The notes under the pieces: generated by a model
Database searches by the model: none
Seen by the model: the letters and a program-made list of their open reading frames with translations, nothing else
What the model was told of the DNA's origin: nothing
Translations under genes and position numbers: made by a program
NCBI GenBank assembly: GCA_030827125.1
Contig: JAURFD010000003.1
Coordinates: 193,607-257,606, forward strand
Origin: Candidatus Nanopelagicales bacterium
GTDB lineage: Bacteria; Actinomycetota; Actinomycetes; S36-B12
Reading direction: 5' to 3'
Length of the DNA stretch: 64,000 nt
Shown here: positions 48,820 through 57,092 of the stretch, piece by piece
Layout: the number at the start of each line of letters is the position of its first letter
How positions within the stretch are numbered: position 1 is the first letter of the stretch

Positions 48820-50487
48820 ATGCCCTCTGATATCGAGATCGCACAAGCGACCACCATGGACCCGATCATCGCGGTCGCTGCCGGACTCGGGATCCCCGAT
48901 TCAGCGTTGGAACCGTACGGTCACTACAAGGCCAAGGTGTCCAACTCCTACCTTGATGGGTTGCCCGAACGGCCTGAGGTGAAGTTGATCCTCGTGACCG
49001 CCATCAGCCCCACCCCTGCCGGTGAGGGCAAGACGACCACCACAGTCGGTCTTGGTGATGGCCTTCGCCAGATCGGCAAGAACGCGATGATCTGCCTGCG
49101 CGAGCCGTCGTTGGGCCCCGTCTTCGGCATGAAGGGCGGAGCCGCCGGTGGGGGCTACGCGCAGGTCGTCCCGATGGAGGACATCAACCTGCACTTCACC
49201 GGGGACTTCGGGGCGATCGGGCTGGCCAACAATCTGCTAGCGGCACTGATCGACAATCACATCCACCACGGCAACGCTCTCGGGATCGACGTGCGGCGGG
49301 TGACGTGGAAGCGTGTCGTCGACATGAACGACCGCGCGCTGCGCGACATCGTCGTCGGCCTCGGCGGTCCAGGCAATGGCTACCCGCGCGAGGATGGCTT
49401 CGACATCGTCGTAGCGTCCGAAGTCATGGCGATCTTCTGCCTGGCCACCTCGCTGGAGGATCTCCAGCAGCGCCTCGGCGACATCGTCGTCGCCTACGAC
49501 CGCGACAAGCAGCCGATCCGTGCACGTGACCTCGACGCCGACGGCGCCATGACGGTCCTGCTCAAGGACGCCTTCGCACCGAACCTCGTGCAGACCCTTG
49601 AGCACACTCCGGCGTTCGTCCACGGTGGCCCCTTCGCCAATATCGCGCACGGCTGCAACACGGTCGTCGCTACGCGCGGCGCGCTGAAGTTGGCCGAATA
49701 CGTCGTGACGGAGGCTGGCTTCGGCGCCGACCTCGGCGCGGAGAAGTTCGTCGACATCAAGTGCCGCAAGTCCGGCCTGCGTCCCTCGGCCGCGGTGATC
49801 GTGGCCACCATTCGGGCACTGAAATACCACGGTGGTGCCGATCTGAAGACGATCACCGAGGAAGACCTCGGCGCCCTGGAGAAGGGCATGGTTAACCTTC
49901 GCCGTCATATCGAGAACGTTCGCGATGTCTACGGCATCCCCTGTGTGGTGTCGATCAACCAGTTCGTGTCCGACACCGACGCCGAGATCGATCTCCTCCG
50001 CCGCCTTACGGCTGAGGCGGGTGCTGAAGTCGTGCTCGCGAGCCACTGGGCCAACGGTGGAGCAGGCGCGACCGACCTGGCGCACAAGGTGGTCGAGTTG
50101 TGTGAGCAGCCCAGCGAGGTCACCTTCGTCTACCCCGACGATCTCTCCCTGTGGGAGAAGGTCGAGGCGGTTGCCAAGCGCGTCTATCGTGCGAGCGAGG
50201 TCACGGCCAACGCCAAGGTCCGCGCACGACTGCGCGAGTTGCAGGACGAGGGCTACGGCAATCTGCCGGTCTGCATTGCCAAGACGCAGTACTCCTTCTC
50301 CACCGACGCGGCCCTACGCGGTGCGCCCGAGGGGCACGTGCTCGACATCCGCGAGGTGCGACTGTCGGCCGGCGCCGAGTTCGTCGTCGTCGTGTGTGGC
50401 GACATCATGACGATGCCCGGTCTGCCGAAAGCTCCGGCCGCGCAGAAGATCAACCTCGTCGACGGAGCGGTGGTCGGCCTCTTCTAG
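48820..50487 (+). CDS. fhs: Formate--tetrahydrofolate ligase
   Basis: 555 aa. P-loop [15 protein letters not shown] and family blocks throughout. Starts 2 nt after the etfA stop. Confidence 0.95.
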   Translation: MPSDIEIAQATTMDPIIAVAAGLGIPDSALEPYGHYKAKVSNSYLDGLPERPEVKLILVTAISPTPAGEGKTTTTVGLGDGLRQIGKNAMICLREPSLGPVFGMKGGAAGGGYAQVVPMEDINLHFTGDFGAIGLANNLLAALIDNHIHHGNALGIDVRRVTWKRVVDMNDRALRDIVVGLGGPGNGYPREDGFDIVVASEVMAIFCLATSLEDLQQRLGDIVVAYDRDKQPIRARDLDADGAMTVLLKDAFAPNLVQTLEHTPAFVHGGPFANIAHGCNTVVATRGALKLAEYVVTEAGFGADLGAEKFVDIKCRKSGLRPSAAVIVATIRALKYHGGADLKTITEEDLGALEKGMVNLRRHIENVRDVYGIPCVVSINQFVSDTDAEIDLLRRLTAEAGAEVVLASHWANGGAGATDLAHKVVELCEQPSEVTFVYPDDLSLWEKVEAVAKRVYRASEVTANAKVRARLRELQDEGYGNLPVCIAKTQYSFSTDAALRGAPEGHVLDIREVRLSAGAEFVVVVCGDIMTMPGLPKAPAAQKINLVDGAVVGLF

Positions 50488-50502
50488 CGCACGGCCAACC
50501 GA

Positions 50503-50555
50503 CCGTTTTTTGGGCAGATCTGGGGTCTAAGCCCCTTGATCTGCCCAAAGAACGG
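50503..50555. terminator. Long hairpin: 18-bp stem plus an inner GGGG/CCCC stem
   Basis: CCGTTTTTTGGGCAGATC (50503-50520) pairs with GATCTGCCCAAAGAACGG (50538-50555) with a single G.U position. The loop tGGGGtctaagCCCCtt can extend the stem. It lies 16 nt after the fhs stop. No 3' U-tail. Confidence 0.5.
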
Positions 50556-50613
50556 CCGGCGGTCCCGTCGTAGCGGCACCGCGGCCCAGCGATAACCTGT
50601 GGTCTCGCACGTT

Positions 50614-50685
50614 GCCCCTGTAGCTCAGTGGTAGAGCAACCGCCTTGTAAGCGGTAGGTCGTCAGTTCAATCCTGACCGGGGGCT
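50614..50685 (+). tRNA. tRNA-Thr (anticodon UGU)
   Basis: Hand-folded cloverleaf: acceptor GCCCCTG/CGGGGGC, D-arm GCTC-AGTGGTA-GAGC, anticodon arm ACCGC-CTTGTAA-GCGGT, T-arm GTCAG-TTCAATC-CTGAC, discriminator T. CCA is not encoded. Confidence 0.9.
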
Positions 50686-50687
50686 CT

Positions 50688-50699
50688 GTTTCATGAAAC
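50688..50699. promoter_or_regulatory. Perfect 12-bp palindrome GTTTCATGAAAC, candidate LacI-type operator
   Basis: Lies 3 nt after the tRNA 3' end and 38 nt upstream of the LacI-family gene. It is followed by the imperfect repeat GAAACGG-N7-CCGTTCC. Confidence 0.35.
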
Positions 50700-50736
50700 G
50701 GTTGCAGGCCGTTCCACGGGCAGCCACAATTCCCCC

Positions 50737-51759
50737 ATGACGATCACCATTCGCGATGTCGCTTCCGCCGCGGGCGTGTCCCCGGCCACCGTCTCGCGAG
50801 CCCTGCGCGGGCTGCCCAATGTCGATAACGCCACCCGCGCGCGCGTCCAGAAGGTCGCCGCCGACCTCGACTACGTCGTGAGCCCCAGCGCCTCGCGCCT
50901 CGCCTCTGGACGCACCGGCTCAATCGCGGTCCTCACCCCCTACATCTCCCGCTGGTACTTCTCCACCGTTCTCTCCGGGGTCGAGAGCGTGATCCAGGCC
51001 TCGGGGATGGATCTGCTGCTGCAGTGCGTCGATGACCACATCCCCGGGCACTTCCGTTCGACGCCGGCGAGTCGACTGCGGCGACGCGTGGATGGTGTTC
51101 TCGTCATTGCGATGCCCCCGGAGAGCGAGCAGTTGCTCGAGGTGATCGACCTCGGAATGCCCACAGCGCTGATCAGCGTCAACGTCGGCGACACGCCCAG
51201 CGTCACCATCGACGATACCGAGGCGGCGCGTCAGGCAACCCGCCACCTGGTCAACCTCGGGCACACCCGGATCGGCCTGATCAACGGCGATCCCGCGATC
51301 AACGCCTTCACCGCGGAATTCAACCGGGAGGCCGGATACAGCTCGGTGATCGAGGAGTACTCCCTGGATGATGATCCGCTGCTCCGGGCCTCCGGCTACT
51401 ACACGATTTCCGGAGGTGAGCAGGCCATGACGGCGCTGCTCACCCAGCGAAACCCACCCACCGCGGTGTTCTGCATGAGCGACGAGATGGCCTTTGGAGC
51501 CTTACGTTCCCTCGCTCGGCATGGGCTGACGCCCGGCAAGGACATCTCGATCGTGGGGATCGACGGACACGATATGAGCGAGCACCTGGACCTCACGACG
51601 ATCGAGCAACCGGTCTACGATCTCGGACGCATCGCCGCCGAATCGCTCCTGGCGCAGATCAATCCGCTGCCTGAGGCTGAGCCGATGCCGACCAGCGTGC
51701 GGGTGCCCACACGCCTGGTCGTGCGGGGATCGACTCGCCCGCTCAGCCACGATCGATAG
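50737..51759 (+). CDS. LacI-family transcriptional regulator
   Basis: HTH MTITIRDVASAAGVSPATVSRALRG plus a periplasmic-binding-protein-like effector domain. Confidence 0.88.
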   Translation: MTITIRDVASAAGVSPATVSRALRGLPNVDNATRARVQKVAADLDYVVSPSASRLASGRTGSIAVLTPYISRWYFSTVLSGVESVIQASGMDLLLQCVDDHIPGHFRSTPASRLRRRVDGVLVIAMPPESEQLLEVIDLGMPTALISVNVGDTPSVTIDDTEAARQATRHLVNLGHTRIGLINGDPAINAFTAEFNREAGYSSVIEEYSLDDDPLLRASGYYTISGGEQAMTALLTQRNPPTAVFCMSDEMAFGALRSLARHGLTPGKDISIVGIDGHDMSEHLDLTTIEQPVYDLGRIAAESLLAQINPLPEAEPMPTSVRVPTRLVVRGSTRPLSHDR

Positions 51760-51771
51760 ACGCGTGACCCA

Positions 51772-52845
51772 TCAGCCCAGTCGGAGCTGATCCCCTTCGG
51801 TATCGAAGATGTAGTGGAGTTCTGGGGCGACGCGAATCTCCGCGCCCGGGCGAATCCCCGAGCCCGGGCCGGTCCTCGCCACCATGTCGGTCGCCCCGGA
51901 CGGCAGGGCGACAGTGCCATGGATATACGTGTCCGCACCGAGATCCTCCACGAGGGTCACCGACATCGCCGCTCCGATGTCACCGACCCGCAACGCCTCC
52001 GGACGCACTCCCAAGATGACCTCCGACCCCGATGACTTGGCAAGGACATCACGCTCCACCGGCACGTGGTGGCCGCCGAAATCGACGCCGCCATCGGTGA
52101 TCGGAACGCGGGCGAGGTTCATCGACGGAGAGCCGATGAATGTGGCGACGAATGCGTTGACCGGCTCCTCATACAGCGTGCCCGGTGCCGCCACCTGCTG
52201 CAGGATGCCCTCCTTGAGCACCGCGACGCGGTCACCCATCGTCATCGCTTCCACTTGGTCGTGCGTCACATAGACCGTCGTGGTGCCCAGGCGACGCTGC
52301 AGTGCGGCAATCTGCGTGCGTGTCTGCACACGCAACTTGGCGTCGAGGTTCGACAGCGGCTCATCCATGAGGAAGACCTGGGGCTCGCGAACGATCGCGC
52401 GCCCCATGGCCACACGCTGGCGCTGGCCACCGGACAGTGCCTTGGGCTTGCGTTCGAGGTACTGCTCCAGGTCGAGCAGTGTCGCGGCTTCATTGACACG
52501 TCGGGTGATCTCATCCTTGGACACCTTCGCGATCTTCAGCGCGAAGCCCATGTTCTCCGCCACCGTCATATGCGGGTAGAGCGCGTAGTTCTGGAAGACC
52601 ATGGCGATATCCCGATCCTTGGCGGGGACATTCGTGACGTCGCGATCTCCGATGCGGATCCGGCCGCTGGTGATGGGCTCGAGGCCGGCGAGCATCCGCA
52701 AGGTCGTGGACTTGCCACACCCGGAGGGGCCGACGAGGACGAGGAATTCACCCTGAGCAATTTCCAGATTGATCGAATTGACCGCCGGGCGCGTCATACC
52801 GGGGTAGACGAGGGTCGCGTCTTGATAGGTGACGGGCTGAGACAT
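51772..52845 (-). CDS. Carbohydrate ABC transporter ATP-binding protein (MsiK/UgpC/MalK-like), with no adjacent permease or binding-protein genes
   Basis: Walker A GPSGCGKST, signature LSGGQRQRVAMGRA, Walker B FLMDEPLSNLD, and a C-terminal TOBE-like domain. Confidence 0.9.
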   Translation of the reverse strand: MSQPVTYQDATLVYPGMTRPAVNSINLEIAQGEFLVLVGPSGCGKSTTLRMLAGLEPITSGRIRIGDRDVTNVPAKDRDIAMVFQNYALYPHMTVAENMGFALKIAKVSKDEITRRVNEAATLLDLEQYLERKPKALSGGQRQRVAMGRAIVREPQVFLMDEPLSNLDAKLRVQTRTQIAALQRRLGTTTVYVTHDQVEAMTMGDRVAVLKEGILQQVAAPGTLYEEPVNAFVATFIGSPSMNLARVPITDGGVDFGGHHVPVERDVLAKSSGSEVILGVRPEALRVGDIGAAMSVTLVEDLGADTYIHGTVALPSGATDMVARTGPGSGIRPGAEIRVAPELHYIFDTEGDQLRLG

Positions 52846-52943
52846 GCTAAATCGATCCTCCCACCGGCAGGTACGTGCCGGACGATCCGTAGTAGGTGGT
52901 GACGCGACCGTCGGTCGCTGGTGTCGAGGCTAGCGAAGGAACC

Positions 52944-52964
52944 GGCGGGGCGGTAGGCCCCGCC
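52944..52964 (-). terminator. GC hairpin GGCGGGGC-GGTAG-GCCCCGCC
   Basis: 8-bp perfect stem, 34 nt downstream (minus strand) of the acidic-protein stop and upstream of the ABC ATPase gene. No U-tail. Confidence 0.35.
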
Positions 52965-52997
52965 TCACGGCAATCAGCCCAGCCTCACCAAACCGGA

Positions 52998-53249
52998 CTA
53001 GCCCTCAATGATTTGGGTGCCGGCCTCAGCGATCAGGTTGCCGTCAGCGTCGTAGATGTCCACGACTTCCTCCTCAGCGACGAGGTTGCCCTCGGCGTCG
53101 AAGACGTCGATCGTCTCATCGACGATGCTGCCCGTTTCGCCGGTCACCACGACGACGTCGTCGACAACAGTGCCCAGGACGGCTCCCGACTCGTCTACGA
53201 GTTCGGTGATCGCGATGTCCTCGCCGATCTCGATGTCGTCGTCTGCCAT
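52998..53249 (-). CDS. Hyper-acidic 83-aa protein of unknown function with internal repeats
   Basis: ATG at 53249 is preceded by GAGGAG with a 5-nt spacer. 13 Asp and 12 Glu, no Lys/Arg/His. Repeated [VI][FY]DA[ED]GNL[VI]AE units. The track ORF (99 aa) starts 48 nt further upstream. Confidence 0.5.
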   Translation of the reverse strand: MADDDIEIGEDIAITELVDESGAVLGTVVDDVVVVTGETGSIVDETIDVFDAEGNLVAEEEVVDIYDADGNLIAEAGTQIIEG

Positions 53250-53329
53250 GAATTCTCCTCGTTTGGGGCACCGATGGATCGGCTGCCGGGTGCTCATCTA
53301 ATCCTGTTGTCGCTCTGGGCGCTAGTAGT

Positions 53330-54085
53330 TCACTCCAGCACACGATGAACTTTGTGCTGCGCCGACTGCGCGACGGGACGCATGACCATGAGGTCGATGT
53401 CGACGTGAGACGGCAGTGTGGCCACCCAGCCGACTGCCTCGGCGATGTCCTCGGCCACGAGGGGCTCAGCGACCCCCTCGTAGACCTTCGCCGCCTTGGC
53501 CGCATCTCCAAACCGGTTCACCGCAAACTCGTCGGTGCGCACCATGCCCGGTGCGATCTCGGTCACCCGCACGGGCTGACCACACAGTTCCAAGCGCAGC
53601 GTGCCGGCGAGGGCGTGCTCGGCGTGCTTGGCCGCGGTGTAGCTGCCGCCGCTTTCGTAGACGACCTGGCCGGCGGTGGAGCCCATCAGAACGATGAGTC
53701 CGCGGCCGGACCTCACTAACTGCGGGAGCAGGGCGCGGATGACACGGACCGAACCCACCACGTTGATCTCGAAGGTGCGCTGCCAACTCTCGATGTCGGC
53801 GGCTGCCACGGTGGTGGCGTCAAATGCGCCGCCCGCGTTCGACACAACAGTGGTGAGATCGACGTCCTTGAGGTGCTCAGCCAGGGCTTCCACACTGCTC
53901 TGGTCGGTGACGTCAAGCACCCATGGACGGATTCGCTCATCCTCGACCGCCAACGCCTCCAGGCGATCCTGGCGCCGCGCCGCCGCAACCACCTCGAAGC
54001 CTGCAGCCGCGAGGCGCCGAGCAGTGGCAGCACCGATACCTGAACTTGCCCCGGTGACGAGAGCGGTGCCTCGACTCACCGTCAC
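53330..54085 (-). CDS. Short-chain dehydrogenase/reductase
   Basis: TGASSGIGAATA cofactor motif and catalytic YTAAK. GTG at 54085 overlaps the fdsD TGA (GTGA). Confidence 0.85.
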   Translation of the reverse strand: MTVSRGTALVTGASSGIGAATARRLAAAGFEVVAAARRQDRLEALAVEDERIRPWVLDVTDQSSVEALAEHLKDVDLTTVVSNAGGAFDATTVAAADIESWQRTFEINVVGSVRVIRALLPQLVRSGRGLIVLMGSTAGQVVYESGGSYTAAKHAEHALAGTLRLELCGQPVRVTEIAPGMVRTDEFAVNRFGDAAKAAKVYEGVAEPLVAEDIAEAVGWVATLPSHVDIDLMVMRPVAQSAQHKVHRVLE

Positions 54086-54282
54086 GACTCCAGTGCCGCG
54101 CGAACCACCGGATCGACGGCGTCCGGGTGTTCGGTGACGTACGCCGTGAAATCCCGACGCATGGCCGGGGTCCAAAACGATCGCAAGTGGTCAGCGACCC
54201 GACGAGTGGCCTCATCCTCGGGGAAAACCCCGTTGTTGACCGCGATCTCCTGCGCCATGCGCGTGAGGGTTTCGATCCGCAC
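54082..54282 (-). CDS. fdsD: Formate dehydrogenase delta subunit (FdsD-like)
   Basis: 66 aa, LTRMAQEIAVNN...ADHLRSFWTPAMRRDF. GTG at 54282 lies 2 nt after the fdsA TAG. The track ORF extension overlaps fdsA. Confidence 0.7.
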   Translation of the reverse strand: MRIETLTRMAQEIAVNNGVFPEDEATRRVADHLRSFWTPAMRRDFTAYVTEHPDAVDPVVRAALES

Positions 54283-54284
54283 GC

Positions 54285-57092
54285 CTACCTCATGACCGCG
54301 GCCGGTGACGACGACGCCCAGTCGGGAGCGGCGAGCGTCGGAGACACCTCTACCGCCGTGACCTTGTACTCGGGGCAATTCGTGGCCCAGTCGGAGTATT
54401 CGGTCGTCACAACATTGGCGCCGCTCTCCGGGTAATGGAAGGTCGTGTAGACGACACCCGGCGGCACGCGATCGGTGATGCGCGCGCGCATCACTGTGGA
54501 CCCGACCCGGCTCGCGAGGGTCACCCATGAACCGTCCGTGATGCCCCGCATCTCGGCGTCGGACTCGTGGATGTCGATGACATCCTCGTCATGCCACGTC
54601 ACATTGGCCGTTCTGCGCGTCTGCGCCCCTACGTTGTATTGGCTGAGGATGCGCCCGGTGGTGAGCAACAGCGGGAACCGTCGAGTGCTGCGCTCCTCGG
54701 TCGGCACGAACGGCGTCACCTGGAAGGCCCCCATGCCACGGACGAAGCCATCCACATGCATGATCGGCGTGCCGAGAGGGTGGTCGGCGTTGCACGGCCA
54801 CTGGACACTCCCCACCTGATCAAGGAGGTCGAAGGAGACCCCCGCGAAGGTCGGCGTGAGCTCGGCGATCTCATCCATGATCTGACTGGCCGAGTCATAG
54901 TGCATCGGATAGCCGAGAGCGGTGGCCAGATCACACACGACCTCCCACTCGGCTTTGCCCGTGCGCGACGACATGACCGGCCGGACACGATTGATTCGCC
55001 GTTCGGCGTTGGTGAAGGTGCCGTCCTTCTCCAGGAAGGACGTGCCGGGTAGGAACACGTGCGCAAAACGGGCCGTCTCGTTGAGGAAGAGATCTTGCAC
55101 AATGACCAGATCCATCGCCGAGAGCGCCGCCTCGACGTGCCGCGTATTGGGGTCCGACTGGGCGATGTCCTCACCCTGGATGAACAGTGCGCGGAATTCC
55201 CCAGTGACCGCGGCATCGAGCATGTTCGGGATGCGCAGACCGGGCTCTTGCTGGATGGTCACGCCCCACAGCGCCTCGAACTGCTCACGCACAACATCGT
55301 CGGAGACATGCCGATAGCCGGGCAATTCGTGGGGGAAGGAACCCATGTCGCAGGATCCCTGAACATTGTTCTGTCCGCGCAGAGGGTTTACGCCCACGCC
55401 GTCGCGACCAATATTGCCCGTTGCCATCGCGAGGTTGGCCATGGCCATCACCATGGTGGATCCCTGACTGTGCTCGGTCACGCCGAGGCCGTAGTAGATC
55501 GCCGAGTTGGGGCCGGCGGCGTAGAGGCGTGCAGCGGCCCGAATCTCCCCGGCCGGCACTCCGCTGGAGCGCTCCGCAGCCTCGGGGGAATTCTCCTCGC
55601 CTCGAATGAACTCCTCCCACGCGGCGAAACTCACCGGATCGCAGCGCTCGGAAACGAACTCACGGTCGATCAGACCCTCGGTCGCCACAACGTGCCCCAT
55701 GGCGTTGATCACCGCGACGTTGGTGCCGGGCTGCAGCGGGAGGTGGTAGTCAGCCTCGATATGGGGTGAGCGAACCAGATCGGTCTTGCGGGGGTCGACG
55801 ACGATGAGATGCGCGCCCTCGCGCAGGCGTCGCTTCATACGCGATCCGAACACCGGATGGGCATCGGTGGGGTTGGCACCGATCACCATGATGACGTCGG
55901 ACTCAGCCACCGACTTGAAGTCCTGGGTGCCCGCTGACGTGCCGAAGGTCTGCTTCAGTCCGTACCCGGTGGGCGAGTGGCACACGCGCGCGCACGTGTC
56001 GACGTTGTTGGTGCCGAAGGCCGCACGGACCATCTTCTGGACGACGAACACCTCTTCATTGGTGCACCGCGAGGAGGTGATACCCCCGATGCTGTCCACG
56101 CCGTGCCGAGCCTGGACATCGCGCAGCCGTTCGGCCGCGTAGGTGAGCGCTTCCTCCCAGCTCGCCTCACGCCACGGATCGTCGATGGACTCACGAACCA
56201 TGGGCACCGTGACGCGGTCGGCATGGGTTGCGTAGCCCCAGGCGAAACGGCCCTTGACGCATGAGTGGCCCTCGTTGGCGCCGCCCGCCTTCTCCGGGAC
56301 CATGCGCACGAGTTCGTCTCCGCGCAGTTCGGCCTTGAAGGAGCAGCCCACTCCGCAGTAGGCGCAGGTGGTGAGCACGGTGCGGGTGGGCATCCCCAGG
56401 TCGATGACCGACTTCTCTTCCAAGGTCGACGTGGGGCATGCCTGGACACAGGCCCCACACGAGACGCACTCGCTGGAGAGGAAATCACGGCCGCCGGGGC
56501 TCACCTTGGAATCGAAGCCTCGACCTTCGATCGTGAGCGCCAGCGTGCCCTGGACTTCATCACAGGCGCGCACACAACGACTGCAGACGATGCACTTGGA
56601 GCCGTCGAAGGAGAAGTACGGATTGGACGCATCCGTCGGCTCATCGAGGTGATTCGCACCGTCGCTGCCGAAGCGAACGTCGCGCAGGCCGACGACACCG
56701 GCCATGTCCTGCAACTCGCAGTCGCCGTTCGCCGGGCAGGTCAGACAGTCCAGTGGGTGATCGGAGATGTAGAGCTCCATCACTCCGCGACGCAACTTCT
56801 CCAGCCGGGGAGTCTGCGTGCGAACTGACATGCCCGGCTCGCACGGTGTCGTGCAGGAAGCGGGCGTGCCCTTCTTGCCGTCGATCTCGACGAGGCACAG
56901 GCGACACGATCCGAAGGGCTGGAGGGAGTCGGTGGCGCACAGTTTGGGGACCGTCATGCCGGCTTCCGCCGCGGCGCGCATCACCGACGTGCCTGCCGGC
57001 ACCTGGACCGCGACCCCGTCGATGAGGACCTCGACCGACTCCGCCGACCTGCTGGCCGGGGTCCCGAAATCTGGTTCGTGCAAGAGCGTCAT
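54285..57092 (-). CDS. fdsA: NAD-dependent formate dehydrogenase alpha subunit (molybdopterin, Cys type)
   Basis: N-terminal 2Fe-2S and 4Fe-4S Cys clusters, and a MopB domain with DTCARVCHSPTG (Cys ligand, no in-frame TGA). ATG at 57092 overlaps the fdsB TGA. Confidence 0.93.
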   Translation of the reverse strand: MTLLHEPDFGTPASRSAESVEVLIDGVAVQVPAGTSVMRAAAEAGMTVPKLCATDSLQPFGSCRLCLVEIDGKKGTPASCTTPCEPGMSVRTQTPRLEKLRRGVMELYISDHPLDCLTCPANGDCELQDMAGVVGLRDVRFGSDGANHLDEPTDASNPYFSFDGSKCIVCSRCVRACDEVQGTLALTIEGRGFDSKVSPGGRDFLSSECVSCGACVQACPTSTLEEKSVIDLGMPTRTVLTTCAYCGVGCSFKAELRGDELVRMVPEKAGGANEGHSCVKGRFAWGYATHADRVTVPMVRESIDDPWREASWEEALTYAAERLRDVQARHGVDSIGGITSSRCTNEEVFVVQKMVRAAFGTNNVDTCARVCHSPTGYGLKQTFGTSAGTQDFKSVAESDVIMVIGANPTDAHPVFGSRMKRRLREGAHLIVVDPRKTDLVRSPHIEADYHLPLQPGTNVAVINAMGHVVATEGLIDREFVSERCDPVSFAAWEEFIRGEENSPEAAERSSGVPAGEIRAAARLYAAGPNSAIYYGLGVTEHSQGSTMVMAMANLAMATGNIGRDGVGVNPLRGQNNVQGSCDMGSFPHELPGYRHVSDDVVREQFEALWGVTIQQEPGLRIPNMLDAAVTGEFRALFIQGEDIAQSDPNTRHVEAALSAMDLVIVQDLFLNETARFAHVFLPGTSFLEKDGTFTNAERRINRVRPVMSSRTGKAEWEVVCDLATALGYPMHYDSASQIMDEIAELTPTFAGVSFDLLDQVGSVQWPCNADHPLGTPIMHVDGFVRGMGAFQVTPFVPTEERSTRRFPLLLTTGRILSQYNVGAQTRRTANVTWHDEDVIDIHESDAEMRGITDGSWVTLASRVGSTVMRARITDRVPPGVVYTTFHYPESGANVVTTEYSDWATNCPEYKVTAVEVSPTLAAPDWASSSPAAVMR

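Noticed and set aside
28693-50736. A classical integrase-mediated genomic island inserted at tRNA-Thr.
   Set aside because: There is no integrase, recombinase or transposase anywhere in the window, and I found no direct repeat of the tRNA 3' end near 28.6 kb. By eye, composition is like the core. Only the weaker statement about block boundaries is kept as a finding.
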